Of a stretch of DNA of 64,000 nucleotides, positions 42,960 through 54,094 are shown piece after piece. How positions within the stretch are numbered: the stretch's first letter is position 1; the number at the start of each line of letters is the position of its first letter. The notes below the pieces were generated by a model. It saw only the letters and a program-made list of their open reading frames with translations, was not told the origin of the DNA and did no database searches. Origin of the DNA: an uncultured Acidimicrobiia bacterium (lineage in GTDB: Bacteria > Acidobacteriota > Terriglobia > Versatilivoradales > Versatilivoraceae); assembly GCA_963786955.1 (NCBI GenBank), contig CAWBAT010000003.1:1-64000 (forward strand), given 5' to 3'. The position numbers and the translations under genes are program-made.

Positions 42960-43250
42960 CGAACGGTCATTTTGTATGGGTAGGCGAGAAGTCAAAAGAA
43001 TGTCCCTTTTAGTCAAGGGAGAGCAGGAAAGGAAAAAACAATTCCATTTTCGGGTCACACCTTTTGAAAATCTTACCTTGTTTCTTCTAACCCTTTGAGA
43101 ATCAATCCGGCAAAATCAAATTTGGGTGCGTTTTTTTTGGACTGTTGATTGCACACATCTAAGCGGCTAGTTGCTAGAGGCTTGTCTTTCGAGTCATTTA
43201 GAGCTGTTCGCGCATGTTTAACGACTCCACTTATGATGACTGCAATAGAA

Positions 43251-45318
43251 ATGTTTCAATCCAACCAATCGAAGCTTAATCGAAAAGTGCCCGGCGAATC
43301 TGCGCACTTCAAAACGTGGCAAAAAGTATTTGATGAGTTGGCCGACCTCCTCGGGTTAACGCTGGCCGTCTATGACAAAGACGAATACCTACTTGGGATC
43401 GCAAAATCCAACCCGATTTGTGCCAATGTCCAGCTTGATGAGAAGGGATGTGCTAATTGTGATCGTGACTGTGGCGGGATGCTAGAGCAAATAGCCAAAG
43501 GAAGTGAATTTGTTTCTTTCAAATGCCATGCTCACCTCTTTAATTTTGCTGCCCCCATTCGGATCCACGGGAAGGTAGAGTTTGTTCTGCTCGGCGGGCG
43601 AGTATTTCGGAATTATCAGGATTTTTCTGCTTTTGCCAAGAAAACCCCCGAGTACGGTATTCGCGACTATTTTTTCGAGGATTGGGAGAATTCCGTCCGC
43701 TTCCAAAATGCGACTTATTTTGAGCGTGCGGCTCATTTCATTCAGTCGATGATCGATTCTTTGACAAGTGATTCCACGCGCCTGGACCAAGCTAAGAAGC
43801 GCGAGTATCGAATGAACACTCTTTATGATCTCTCGAGCGTTTTAGCCATGGAGGCTTCACTGGAGGACGCACAATATAGCTTGCTCCAAGCCATGGGTGT
43901 ACTTTTTGACATTCAAGCGGGAGCCTTCCTGGAAAAAGGTAAGGATGAACGGGGTTATGAGTTACATCGTACATTTGGAGCTCTTGTTACGCCTCGAACG
44001 AAGATTAACCTGGCCGAGTACAATGAAATTGTCAAACTGAAGGAAGGGAAGCCTGCTTTTCTAGATGAAACTTACTCGATCTTAAGACTGGGGTACCCGG
44101 AGACAATACGCTCAGTCCTTAGTTTCCCGCTCGTGCAGAATGGCGAGTTGGCTTGGGTGCTTCAAATCTACAATTCCGAATTAGATGATGATAGCGTCCA
44201 AATCCTTCAGACGTACTGCAAGCACGTTTCCATCATATTTGAGAACATCCTTCTAAAAAATGAAATCGAAGCAGGTTCGAATATCCTTTCTGTCGTGACA
44301 GAATTCAATGATGCGATTGGAGCTCAGCTTGAAGCCCCGGAGCTTTATCGCACGATTTTACTTAAGGCCGCCGAGGTGCTGAAAGCAGAGCAAGCCTCTT
44401 TGATGATCTACGACGAAACCTCTGGAGAATTGGCAATTAAGTTTGTGAAAGGACTGAATGAGAAGATCGTGCAGAACTTGCGTCTCAAACCAGGCGAGGG
44501 GATTGCAGGTTTTGTTTTTGAAACGGGAAAGCCATTGCTTGTTGACGACATCGACGAAGATTCCCGATTCGAAACAAGGCGGCGCGCGCGTTATAAGACT
44601 AAGTCTTTAATGAGTATTCCTCTTAAAGTCCATCACCGTAAAATTGGAGTCCTGAATGTCACGGACAAGGTCGGTGAGGACCGTTTCAATGAAAAAGACC
44701 TAAAGCTCTTTGAGTCGATTGCAGGGCATGCCGCGGTGGCTCTCGAACGTACGGGATTTTACAGGATGTCTGAGGATTTGAGAAAAATCTCATTAACAGA
44801 CTCACTTACGGAATTGTATAATCGCCGCTTTTTCCAGGACAGGATGAACGAAGAGATCGAGAGAGCTCGACGTCACTCGCATTCCGTCTCACTCATCATG
44901 TTGGATATTGATAATTTCAAGAACTATAACGACACATACGGCCATTTGGCGGGCGATGAAGCGCTCCGGTTGACGGCCTCGATCATCAAGAATTCAGTCA
45001 GAAATATTGATTTAGTCGTGCGGTATGGCGGAGAAGAGTTTGCGGTGATCCTTCCATTGACAGAAACCATAGCGGCTCGTGACATTGCCGAGAGAATTCG
45101 TACCGGGGTTTCAGGACGCTTTTTCCCGGACGATTCCATGCGTACCGCTGTCAGACTAACGGTTAGTCTCGGGATTGCTAGTTTTCCCATTCATGCGGGA
45201 AACATGATTGAGCTATTAGGAAATGCGGACAAAGCCGTTATACCTGGCAAAAGTAAGCGGAAAAAACAAAGTCCGTTTTTTCAGTTCCTCGGACGGTCCT
45301 CAGATGGTAAATGAGTGA
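43251..45318 (+). CDS. Diguanylate cyclase PocR-GAF-GAF-GGEEF
   Basis: PocR-like Cys pattern (PIC, CANCDRDC, FKCHAHL) and GAFs, then DSLTELYNRR, DIDNFK.YNDTYGH, RNIDLVVRYGGEEF. Tail LYLAKVSGKNKV is in a shifted frame. Start approximate. Confidence 0.9.
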
Positions 45319-45478
45319 TTGGGCGGGTAAGCGCCCGGACAGCAGGTTTATTCCTTTTGCAAGCTCAGGATTCGTTGACTCTGATGAGAGTCCGCGAATG
45401 CGTGAATAAGAAGCGGTTGAAATTTGTTTGCCGGTCGCAGAAGATGTTTTGCTCCGCTGTTGAAAAGAAACAATTCGG

Positions 45479-47712
45479 ATGGCGCTCTTACATCTAACTT
45501 GGCAAGAGCGATTAGGAAGAACCCATAATGGTTTTCGCGCAAACGACGTCCAGCAGATTTTCCAAGTCGGGTTGAATACTCTCCAGGGCTTTCAATCTAG
45601 CGTTTTCCTTGGGAGTCGACGGAAGTTTGGCAAGACAGCGGTCTTGCGACAGGTCTATGATCGGCTTTTGCGTGAACAGGAAAAAGTCATTCCGTTCTTG
45701 TATTCTGTTCCAAAATCCATCGGCTCCGTAGAGCTCTTCAGTCGCGATTACTTTCAGCAGGCATTTCTTCAATTTCTGGCTTTTAATCGTCGTGAGACTC
45801 GGTGTTACCAGGAATCCAGGACTTGATGCGGGCCAGATGCTGCCAATGGCTTATGAAAGCCGATATGCCTGGTTAGTCGACTCAGTCAGGCAATATCACG
45901 AGCTTATTAAAAACAGAGATTTGATCGGACTCATCCGATTAGCCTTATCACTGCCGGAGCAGGTGGCCCTAAATAGTGGATTACATGCCTTTGTCTTGTT
46001 CGACGATTTTCATCATCTTGACCAACTGTCTCCTTCCGATGAGATGGCATTTCTAAAAAGCCAGTTCCTATTAGCATTCGGGTCCCGGCGTGCACCACAC
46101 TTACTGTCAGGCACTTCGAAGCCTACTTTCCGTAACCTTTATGCCAAAGGTGAATTGGCTGATTCGCTAGAGCCGATCTTCTTGGAATCCTTAGGTGTTC
46201 CCGAAACCGTGCAGCATATTTGAAGGGTATTGCCGCGAATACGATGTGCCCTGGGAAGCGAGGATGTCGTCGTTGGTTGTCGAACAGCTGGACAACAATT
46301 CCTATTATCTTCATCTTCTTGCCAGAGCTGCAAAATACAAAGGGGACGGGTTCCGGTCTCAAAAACAATTCGCGGAACTTTATATGAAAGAACTGACACA
46401 AGGGAGCTTCCACTATTATTTTAGCGGGTTGCTCCAGGAAGTGTTGCATGATCCCGGGCAATTTGTTCGAGCTATCGAGTTGTTGGAAGCCACCTCACGG
46501 CTGAGCGCCCCCTGTCCGTTCTTGCGATTCAGGGAAGAACAGAAGGATCCACCTTCGGACCTGCTGGACCAGACCTTGAGAAGCCTCGACGAAGTAGAAC
46601 TAATCGATTTTCAGAATGGGATTGTGACTCCCATCCCGGATCGCGTGCTTTATGACTGGATCGGGTGGAATGTCGAGCATAAGATTCACGGCCGAAATCT
46701 CGCTCAGGTAAAATTCGATCTCAATTCAGAATTGCTGCGACGATATCAACAATCTGCCGAGAACAAGGAAAAGGGAGAAGTTGTGAACCAGATCAAAGAT
46801 GCCCTTCTCCACATGGATCAGCAGAGGATACCCCGGTTACTGTTGGACTACGCCGAATTCCATTCCATTACTGGTGATCGTTTCGATAAAGCGTATGTTC
46901 CGCAAGTCGATATAGAGCAAACTGTTCAATTACCTCAACTCTTGTCTGTTGAGATTCGTTCCGTGATGACACCACGAGGCGATCCCCACAGTAACCAACT
47001 TCTATTGGCTCGCGGCTATGAAGGCAGAACATTCTCTTCCTCTCGAGAAGTTGCTTGGCTTGTAGGTTATTGCCCGACCGGCGAGAGTTTGGGGCTGGAT
47101 GAGATTACCCGATTCTTCGAGGTTGCTCATCTCATCGAGCTTGAGGAAAGTCTCCCCAAAGTACATCATTGGCTTATTGTGAATGAAAAGTTTAACCAAG
47201 CCGCATTAAGTTTCGCCAGGGAGTCTGAAATCTACACATCAAACATTCACCAATTGAACCAATTGACCCAGCGAGTTGTTGGCAAGGGGAAAGGCATTTT
47301 GGAGCCTCTAGAGTCTTCTGGAAGGGAGACCTATGAAATGAGTATTCCCATGTCTGGCGGTTCTGAAATGGTTGCTGTCCGCGCTCTAGAGCAAGTAGCC
47401 GAAGATCTCGAAATGGCAGGGAAATCCAAGAGTCAACTTCGAATGGCGCTGCTTGAAGCCTGTATCCATCTGAAAGAAAATTTTGCGGCCCAAGCAGACA
47501 AGATTCATTTCATTTTCGTTCCGCAGCCGAGTCGTTTGGATGTCCACGTCAGAGTGGAGGTCCAAACGACACAATCCCAAACCTTACCGGACCCCTTTGG
47601 AACGCGGGTCCTCAAGACGCTTCTGGATGAGGTTCGATTTAGAGAAACTCCACAAGGGTTTGAGCTCATCCTCTCCAAATACCTAGAGGCTCCCAAGAGT
47701 GAAACAGCCTGA
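45479..47712 (+). CDS. Archaeal-ATPase/STAND-like P-loop protein with pseudo-nuclease and RsbW-like C-terminal domains (frameshifted)
   Basis: LGSRRKFGKTAVL (Walker A) and VLFDDFHHL (Walker B). WLIVNEKFNQAALSFARESEIYTS is Mrr/PD-(D/E)XK-like. IPM...LEQVAE...QLRMALLEAC is HATPase_c_2-like. Confidence 0.65.
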
Positions 47713-47843
47713 CTTCTGAAATGATTCGTCTTGAAACAAATCTCAACCTGATCTCCATTTCATCGACGTGATTCCGTCTCTCAAAGACAAACCGCTTCTT
47801 TTCTCGTTTATCGATTGACTGGTGCAGTGGGTCAGGTCTGGAT

Positions 47844-49472
47844 TCACGGGACTATCCCCCGAAACAGATACGCAATGAGTATGACTTCTATCCCCACGAA
47901 GGTTGCAAGTGCACAACTGTGCCATAGGACAAAACGGAAGATGTCACCTTCTTTGCCAACCTGATGAGTTGCTGCTGTGCCGATGACGATGCTTTGAGCG
48001 TCTATCATCTTTCCCATGACACCCCCGCAGCTGTTGGCCGTGCACATCAAGACAGGACTGAGACCAAGTTGCCCAGCGGTGACCTTTTGTAAATTTCCAA
48101 ACAAAGCGTTTGAGGCTGTATCGCTTCCTGTGAGGAAAACTCCCAGCCAGCCCAAAAGAGTGCCAAAAAAAGGATAGAGCACTCCGGTATGGGTGAACGC
48201 TAATCCCAGAATGCTGTCGAGGCCGGAAAAACGCGAAACAAATCCAAGACCCAAAATGCACGGGATTGTCAGAAGCGGGATGGTCAGCTGACGCAATGTG
48301 ATCCAAAACATCCTACAGAGGGTTCGCAGAGAAACCCGAAAAAGGATTGCAGAAAGCAGTGTTGCGACGAGTATCGCTGTGCCCGTGGCGGATAGCCAGT
48401 TCAGAATGTAAATGGCAGGCTCCGCAATCGGTCGGGGAACGACGGGTACGTTCTTCATGACTTGCAAATGTAAGAAAGGCACAGGAATAGCGATCGTCAA
48501 GCGATTTAGAGATTTATTGATACCCGGAATGCCCCAGAGAAGTACCACGCCACAGAGAAAAACAAAGGGCATCCAGGCTTTGACGATTCCTAGACCGGAA
48601 GGACAGGCGACCTCATTGACAGGAGAAGTCCGACGTTCATGTGCAAACCGCCAAATCTTAGTTGGTTTCCAAATTCGCAAGAAAAGAACCATGATCACCA
48701 GTGAGAACGCCCCTCCTAGAATATCGACCAGATAGGGGCCGTGGAAGTTACTGACGAGATATTGGATAGACGCAAACGAGATCCCGCAGACGGCAATTGC
48801 CGGAATTACTTCGAAGGTTTCTTTCCATGAGCACATCGTTCTGACGAGCCAGCAGGGAATAATCAGAGAGGTCACTGGCAGGATTCTTCCAGTCAACTTC
48901 GACAACGACATTAATGGGAGATCGGTAACTGTTGAAAGCGTGACCGTTGGGATGCCGAGGGATCCAAAAGCCACCGGAGCAGTGTTGGAGATAAGACAAA
49001 TGACGGCTGCAAAAAAGGGGTCAAATCCGAGCCCCACCAGCAACGCAGAACAAATGGCTATGGGCGTGCCAAATCCGGCGCTGCCCTCGATAAAGGCTCC
49101 AAACGAAAATGCAACCAGCAGAGCTTGTAATCTTCGATCTTGAGAAATTACCCCCACGGATTGTTTAATGATTTCAAACTGCCCGGTTGCAACGGTGAGG
49201 TTGTAGAGCAGAACTCCATTGAGCACGATCCATCCAATGGGGAGCCAGCCAAACAGTGCGCCAAAGAAGAATGCGGCAGAGGCCAAATGCACTGGCATCC
49301 CCAACACAATGGTCGCAATCAAAACCGCTGTGAGTGCACTGAGAAACCCGGCCACATGGGCTTTGACCTTCTTTACAGCAAGAAGATAGAAGAGGAGGAC
49401 CGTTGGAATCGCAGCACACAACGTGGAGAGTACGGGATAACCCAGAGGATTGTAATTTTGCAGCCAAGGCAT
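47844..49472 (-). CDS. lctP: L-lactate permease
   Basis: WLQNYNPLG, DRRLQALL..FGAFIEGSAGFGTP, NTAPVAFG, FLTGSDTASNALFG. Confidence 0.93.
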   Translation of the reverse strand: MPWLQNYNPLGYPVLSTLCAAIPTVLLFYLLAVKKVKAHVAGFLSALTAVLIATIVLGMPVHLASAAFFFGALFGWLPIGWIVLNGVLLYNLTVATGQFEIIKQSVGVISQDRRLQALLVAFSFGAFIEGSAGFGTPIAICSALLVGLGFDPFFAAVICLISNTAPVAFGSLGIPTVTLSTVTDLPLMSLSKLTGRILPVTSLIIPCWLVRTMCSWKETFEVIPAIAVCGISFASIQYLVSNFHGPYLVDILGGAFSLVIMVLFLRIWKPTKIWRFAHERRTSPVNEVACPSGLGIVKAWMPFVFLCGVVLLWGIPGINKSLNRLTIAIPVPFLHLQVMKNVPVVPRPIAEPAIYILNWLSATGTAILVATLLSAILFRVSLRTLCRMFWITLRQLTIPLLTIPCILGLGFVSRFSGLDSILGLAFTHTGVLYPFFGTLLGWLGVFLTGSDTASNALFGNLQKVTAGQLGLSPVLMCTANSCGGVMGKMIDAQSIVIGTAATHQVGKEGDIFRFVLWHSCALATFVGIEVILIAYLFRGIVP

Positions 49473-49589
49473 TCTGGAGGGCTCTCCTTTCGATCCTTTG
49501 CCATTGGGTCGCCCACTGGATCAGGGAATCCCAAAACAAACAGAAGAATGAATCACAAGCCATGAGATATGAAAATCAGGAGGTTGTCG

Positions 49590-49976
49590 TTAGCGTATTC
49601 CAGGCCTGAGCAAGGATTTCCTCCTTAACTTCTGGAAACCAGACGGAACATACTGATGGGCATTCATATCGACGCATTGGCTCCTGAATTGGACCCCTTC
49701 CATCTCTAGCAGTCTTCGCTGTAGGATGGGGCCATCTGGACTTGAGAACGAGGTGATCAGGATCTTCCCTCCGGCACCGACCACCCGCTGCCAGGGAAGT
49801 CCTTGTGGACAACCATGCATGGCCCAGCCGACCTGTCGGGCCTTATGGGGTGCGTCAAGCAGAGTAGCAATTTGGCCATAGGTGAGTACTTTACCGGGCG
49901 GGATGGATTTGACGATGGCATATACCTTTTTGAAAAAATTGTCTGCTTTTCGTTGTCCTTGATTGGCAGCGGACAT
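49590..49976 (-). CDS. Alkyltransferase-like (ATL/YbaZ) MGMT-family protein
   Basis: IPPGKVLTYGQIA, ARQVGWAM, and PWQRV with Trp at the Cys position. Confidence 0.88.
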   Translation of the reverse strand: MSAANQGQRKADNFFKKVYAIVKSIPPGKVLTYGQIATLLDAPHKARQVGWAMHGCPQGLPWQRVVGAGGKILITSFSSPDGPILQRRLLEMEGVQFRSQCVDMNAHQYVPSGFQKLRRKSLLRPGIR

Positions 49977-49988
49977 TGAGTGTATGTC

Positions 49989-50858
49989 TTACCTCTCTCC
50001 CCACTTCAATTTGTTCCTCAAGATGTCAAAGAAGCTTTTATTGTTCGATTCGATGAGCTCGAGGTAACTCGAAGATCTCCGGACACAAATGTGATCTTCC
50101 CCTTTTAGGGGCAGCCCTACCTGGCCATCTACGGTGAGAAAAACAGATTCTTGGGTCGCCTTGAGGCTCATCTCCACCGTCACGTTATCTGGAACAACAA
50201 GCGACCGGAAAGTCAAGGTGTGAGAAGCAATCGGGGTAATGAGCATTGCCCCTAATGTGGGATAGACAACCGGACCTCCCGCCGAAAGCGCGTAGGCGGT
50301 CGAGCCAGTGGGTGTACTGATGATCAATCCATCAGCCTTATAAGTGGCTACAAAATGGCTATCAATTCTGACGTCAATATCAATAATTCTCGCCAAGGCT
50401 CCTTTGGTCAGAACGGCATCATTTAAAGCTCGATAGTTCGCAAAACGCTCCCCTTCACGAACCACATCAATGTCGATCATGATACGCTTCTGGCTGGTGG
50501 CGGTTCCAGCGAGAACGCTTTCCAGGCTATTGAAGATTTCTTCCAGCGTAATTTCTGTGATAAAGCCCAGGCTCCCGAAATTTATTGCCAGGATCGGGAC
50601 TTCGTGAGCATCCATGGATCGGGCAACTGAGAGAAGCGTGCCATCTCCGCCGAGAACGACAACAAGATCTGCGGCCGCAATCAGGTCGGCCTTCTCCAGT
50701 CCCTCTTCAATTTGGTGGACAATGCCGGCGGTTTCACGGTCAAGGCTTACCTGGATCTGTCGCACCGCACACCATTCGATGAGATTCTCCACCACGGCAG
50801 AGGCAGTGCTCAACTTGGGTTTGGCTATAATTCCAATATGATGAATATCGCGGCGCAT
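49989..50858 (-). CDS. nadK: NAD kinase
   Basis: GGDGTLL, ALND, DGLIISTPTGSTAYALSAGGP. ATG 50858 chosen as start. Confidence 0.95.
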   Translation of the reverse strand: MRRDIHHIGIIAKPKLSTASAVVENLIEWCAVRQIQVSLDRETAGIVHQIEEGLEKADLIAAADLVVVLGGDGTLLSVARSMDAHEVPILAINFGSLGFITEITLEEIFNSLESVLAGTATSQKRIMIDIDVVREGERFANYRALNDAVLTKGALARIIDIDVRIDSHFVATYKADGLIISTPTGSTAYALSAGGPVVYPTLGAMLITPIASHTLTFRSLVVPDNVTVEMSLKATQESVFLTVDGQVGLPLKGEDHICVRRSSSYLELIESNNKSFFDILRNKLKWGER

Positions 50859-51198
50859 AATCGGGACAAGAGAGTCTGCTGACTTTGTCGAAGAATAGAT
50901 TAAAAAAGGAAAACTATGAAGTCTAATTATTTCAATAGGACTATGGGCTAGAAGCAAAGCAAGCCAGCGCCGAAGAATTTCTTGTTGAGCAGGGTCGGAC
51001 CAGAGGCGTGCAAAGAATGTCAAAAGGCTTCCTCGGGAGTCACCTCATTTAAACGACGTTGGAAATATCTTGCTTGACTCAGTGTCCCTTTTGGAGCAAT
51101 TAGATTCATGATGTCAGCTGCCCGGGATCGGGGATTTCGGAAAAAGACTTCCTTTGAGGAGCACATTCATTTGCGTGGTGTCGACAAGGAGTAACTCC

Positions 51199-52365
51199 AT
51201 GACAGATCCCCCGTTGCGTTATCCACTGACGGTTTTGTCAGAAGAAGAGGACATGTTTCGTGAGCTGGTTCGGGAATTTGCTGAGAACAAAATCTGGCCA
51301 CATGTCCAAGCCATGGACAGGGAAGGCAAATTTGATCAGGCCATACTCAAGGAGTTTTTCCCGATGAACTTGATGGGAATCCAGATTCCGGAGGAGTATG
51401 GAGGAGCCGCGGGCAGTTTTTTTATGGCAATTTTAGCTGTGGAAGAATTTTCGCGAGTGGATGCCTCGGCAGGGGTAATCGTCGATGTGCAAAACACCTT
51501 GGTCAACAACGCGCTACTTCGTTGGGGCTCTGCTGCTCAAAAGCGTCAATACCTGCCCAAGTTAGCCTCCTCTGCGGTGGGAGCCTATGCCCTCTCGGAA
51601 CCAGGAGCGGGGAGCGATGCGTTCTCTCTAAAAACCTATGCGGAATTTTCCAGAGGCCAGTATTATTTGAGTGGTCAAAAGCTGTGGATTACGAATGCCT
51701 CTGAAGCAGAAATTTTTATTATTTTCGCCACCGTAGACCCAAGTCAAGGGTATCGGGGGATTACGGCGTTTATTGTGGAACGCGGGTTCCCTGGGTTCCA
51801 GGTTGGCAAGAAAGAAGATAAGCTTGGTATCCGGGCGAGTAGCACTTGCGAGCTCATTTTGGATCGCTGTGAAGTGCCCCGTGAAAACGTCCTCGGAGAA
51901 GTCGGGAAAGGATATAAAATCTCCATTGAAACGCTCAACGAAGGGCGAATTGGGATCTCAGCTCAAATGGTAGGACTTGCAGGAGGGGCATTGCGCCATG
52001 GCATAAAGTACGCCAATGAGAGGGAACAGTTTGGACAACCCATCGCTAAATTTCAGGCAATTCAATTCCAAATTGCAGAACTATCGGTGCAGTGGGAGGC
52101 AGCTCGACTGATGACCTACAATGCTGCTCGTTTGAAGGATGCCGACCTGCCCTTTGTGAAAGAGGCTGCTATGGCTAAGTATTTTGCATCGCAGATGGCG
52201 GAAAGCGTGACCTCTCAAGTCGTCGAAATTTTCGGTGGATACGGCTACTCAAAGGATTATCCAGCGGAAAAGTATTTTAGAGACTCCAAGATAGGGAAGA
52301 TCTATGAAGGCACTTCATTCATGCAGCTTCAGACCATTGCGAAGCTGGTACTCGGGGAGAAGTAA
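51199..52365 (+). CDS. Acyl-CoA dehydrogenase (short/branched-chain type)
   Basis: YALSEPGAGSD, KLWITN, KLGIRASST, REQFG, IYEGTS. AAGGAG RBS. Confidence 0.95.
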   Translation: MTDPPLRYPLTVLSEEEDMFRELVREFAENKIWPHVQAMDREGKFDQAILKEFFPMNLMGIQIPEEYGGAAGSFFMAILAVEEFSRVDASAGVIVDVQNTLVNNALLRWGSAAQKRQYLPKLASSAVGAYALSEPGAGSDAFSLKTYAEFSRGQYYLSGQKLWITNASEAEIFIIFATVDPSQGYRGITAFIVERGFPGFQVGKKEDKLGIRASSTCELILDRCEVPRENVLGEVGKGYKISIETLNEGRIGISAQMVGLAGGALRHGIKYANEREQFGQPIAKFQAIQFQIAELSVQWEAARLMTYNAARLKDADLPFVKEAAMAKYFASQMAESVTSQVVEIFGGYGYSKDYPAEKYFRDSKIGKIYEGTSFMQLQTIAKLVLGEK

Positions 52366-52494
52366 ACGTTGAAACGTTTCTTCCTCTCCCTGAGCGTGAG
52401 CAAGAATTGAAGTAAAGTGTTCTAGTCAGATTGGGAGGAGTGCCAGAGAACTCCACCCCCTTTTGACCAATTCCGAGGAGGAGTAAGATCGGTC

Positions 52495-52887
52495 GTGACG
52501 AAGAGAGCCTTGCTCATCGTTGATCATGGGAGTAAACGGAGAGAAGCCAACGATATGCTTCCTAAGCTAGCGGAGATGCTTCGAAAAAAGTCCGATTTCA
52601 GGATTGTTTCCCATGCTCACATGGAACTCGCTGAGCCGAGCATTCAGCAAGCCTTTGATGCCTGTGTTGTAGCGGGGGCAAAGGAGATCATTGTCCACCC
52701 TTATTTTCTGGGCCCAGGCAGACATTCGACGCACGACATACCTCGGATGGTTGCGGAAGCTGCAGCAAAACATCCAGGAGTATCCTTTTTAATTACAGAG
52801 CCATTGGGTCTTCACACCAAGATTGGTGAAGTCATCTTGGAGAGAGTACTGGAATCTTTGGAAAGCCAAATGATAAGAGCGAATTAG
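52495..52887 (+). CDS. CbiX/SirB single-domain chelatase
   Basis: VDHGSK, HMELAEPSI, PYFLGPGRH...DIP. Confidence 0.88.
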   Translation: MTKRALLIVDHGSKRREANDMLPKLAEMLRKKSDFRIVSHAHMELAEPSIQQAFDACVVAGAKEIIVHPYFLGPGRHSTHDIPRMVAEAAAKHPGVSFLITEPLGLHTKIGEVILERVLESLESQMIRAN

Positions 52888-52993
52888 CTTGCAATTTTGC
52901 CAGCGGCCTAGCCGATTTACCACTCGATTAAGTTCGTCTCCCCGGTTTGCGGGAAGGATTAGAATGGCATTTTTTTAGTCACGCCAAGGGGGC

Positions 52994-53917
52994 ATGATGC
53001 TGAAGCCAAGGGCTTTAAAAAAAGGGTCAACCGTAGCTGTGTTTGCTCCAGCTAGCCCTGTGGAACAGGATGCCTTGCTTCAAGGAGTAACTTACTTGAA
53101 CTCAATGGGGTTTCGGACCAAGATTTCGGATTTGATTTTTAGCCGATACCACTATTTCGCCGGTTCCCACGAGGAACGCGCCACGGAACTGAACCGGCTA
53201 TTTGCAGACCCGGATGTGGATGCGATTTTTTGTGCAAGAGGCGGCTACGGTTGTGTACATTTGCTTCCGTATTTGGATTCTGCCATCATCCGTTCGAATC
53301 CGAAGATCTTTCTCGGTTATAGTGACGTTACTGTGTTGCTGCAGTATTTGGAGAGTCAAACCGAAATGGTTTGTTTCCATGGGCCGATGGTTGCGCGTGA
53401 ATTCGGATCGGGATCGGCCGCATTTAATGAAGGCAATTTTTTCGACTGTGTTGCCCGGCGATCCGGGGAACTCAGAATTACGGCGGCGGAGCTGGAATCC
53501 TTACGTTCCGGGACTGCGAAGGGACGGTTAACCGGAGGATGCCTCTCATTAATTGCTTCAATGCTCGGCACCTCTTACGAGATCGATACCAGTGAGAAGA
53601 TTCTATTCCTGGAGGATGTCAATACCAGGCCCTACCAAATCGATCGCATGTTGATGCAACTAAAACTTGCCGGCAAATTTAGTCAGATTCGAGGATTGGT
53701 ATTTGGCAAAATGTTGAATTGTAATCAGAATTCGGATAGCGAATATCGGCTTCAAGAGATCATCAACGATGTCCTGTCGGATTTTCAGTTTCCCATCCTC
53801 TATGGGCTGCCGTCAGGCCATGCTCCGTCCAATTCTTTGACATTGCCAATGGGCGTCCAGGTTACGTTAGATTGCGATAGACACTGTCTTTTTTTGGATG
53901 AAGGTGCTGTCGTTTAG
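52994..53917 (+). CDS. ldcA: LD-carboxypeptidase (S66)
   Basis: RGGYG, GYSDVT, HGPM, LFLEDV, SGH. Confidence 0.92.
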   Translation: MMLKPRALKKGSTVAVFAPASPVEQDALLQGVTYLNSMGFRTKISDLIFSRYHYFAGSHEERATELNRLFADPDVDAIFCARGGYGCVHLLPYLDSAIIRSNPKIFLGYSDVTVLLQYLESQTEMVCFHGPMVAREFGSGSAAFNEGNFFDCVARRSGELRITAAELESLRSGTAKGRLTGGCLSLIASMLGTSYEIDTSEKILFLEDVNTRPYQIDRMLMQLKLAGKFSQIRGLVFGKMLNCNQNSDSEYRLQEIINDVLSDFQFPILYGLPSGHAPSNSLTLPMGVQVTLDCDRHCLFLDEGAVV

Positions 53918-54094
53918 TTTAAGCTTGATACGAACGTCATTCAGGTGGCCCATGAAAGTTAAAGCGTTGCTATCCCTTAGCATCTGATTGGGGAGACTTC
54001 TAAATTGCCTTAATCAGTTTGTGATAGCAGGGCAAGATATAACCTTGGCCGGTCCGTGCTTTGGCTTAACAATTCAGAACAGGTATAAACCTTC

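Noticed and set aside
44890-45050. Hypr-type (3',3'-cGAMP) GGDEF enzyme
   Set aside because: The specificity position reads GHLAGD (Asp), typical of c-di-GMP cyclases, not the Ser of Hypr/GacA enzymes.
45479-47712. Active antiphage ATPase-nuclease (Avs-like)
   Set aside because: Nuclease catalytic residues are not evident, there is no TPR sensor, and the context is signalling/housekeeping, not a defence island.
49590-49976. Inactivated O6-methylguanine methyltransferase as a novelty
   Set aside because: A PWxRV motif defines the known alkyltransferase-like (ATL) family.
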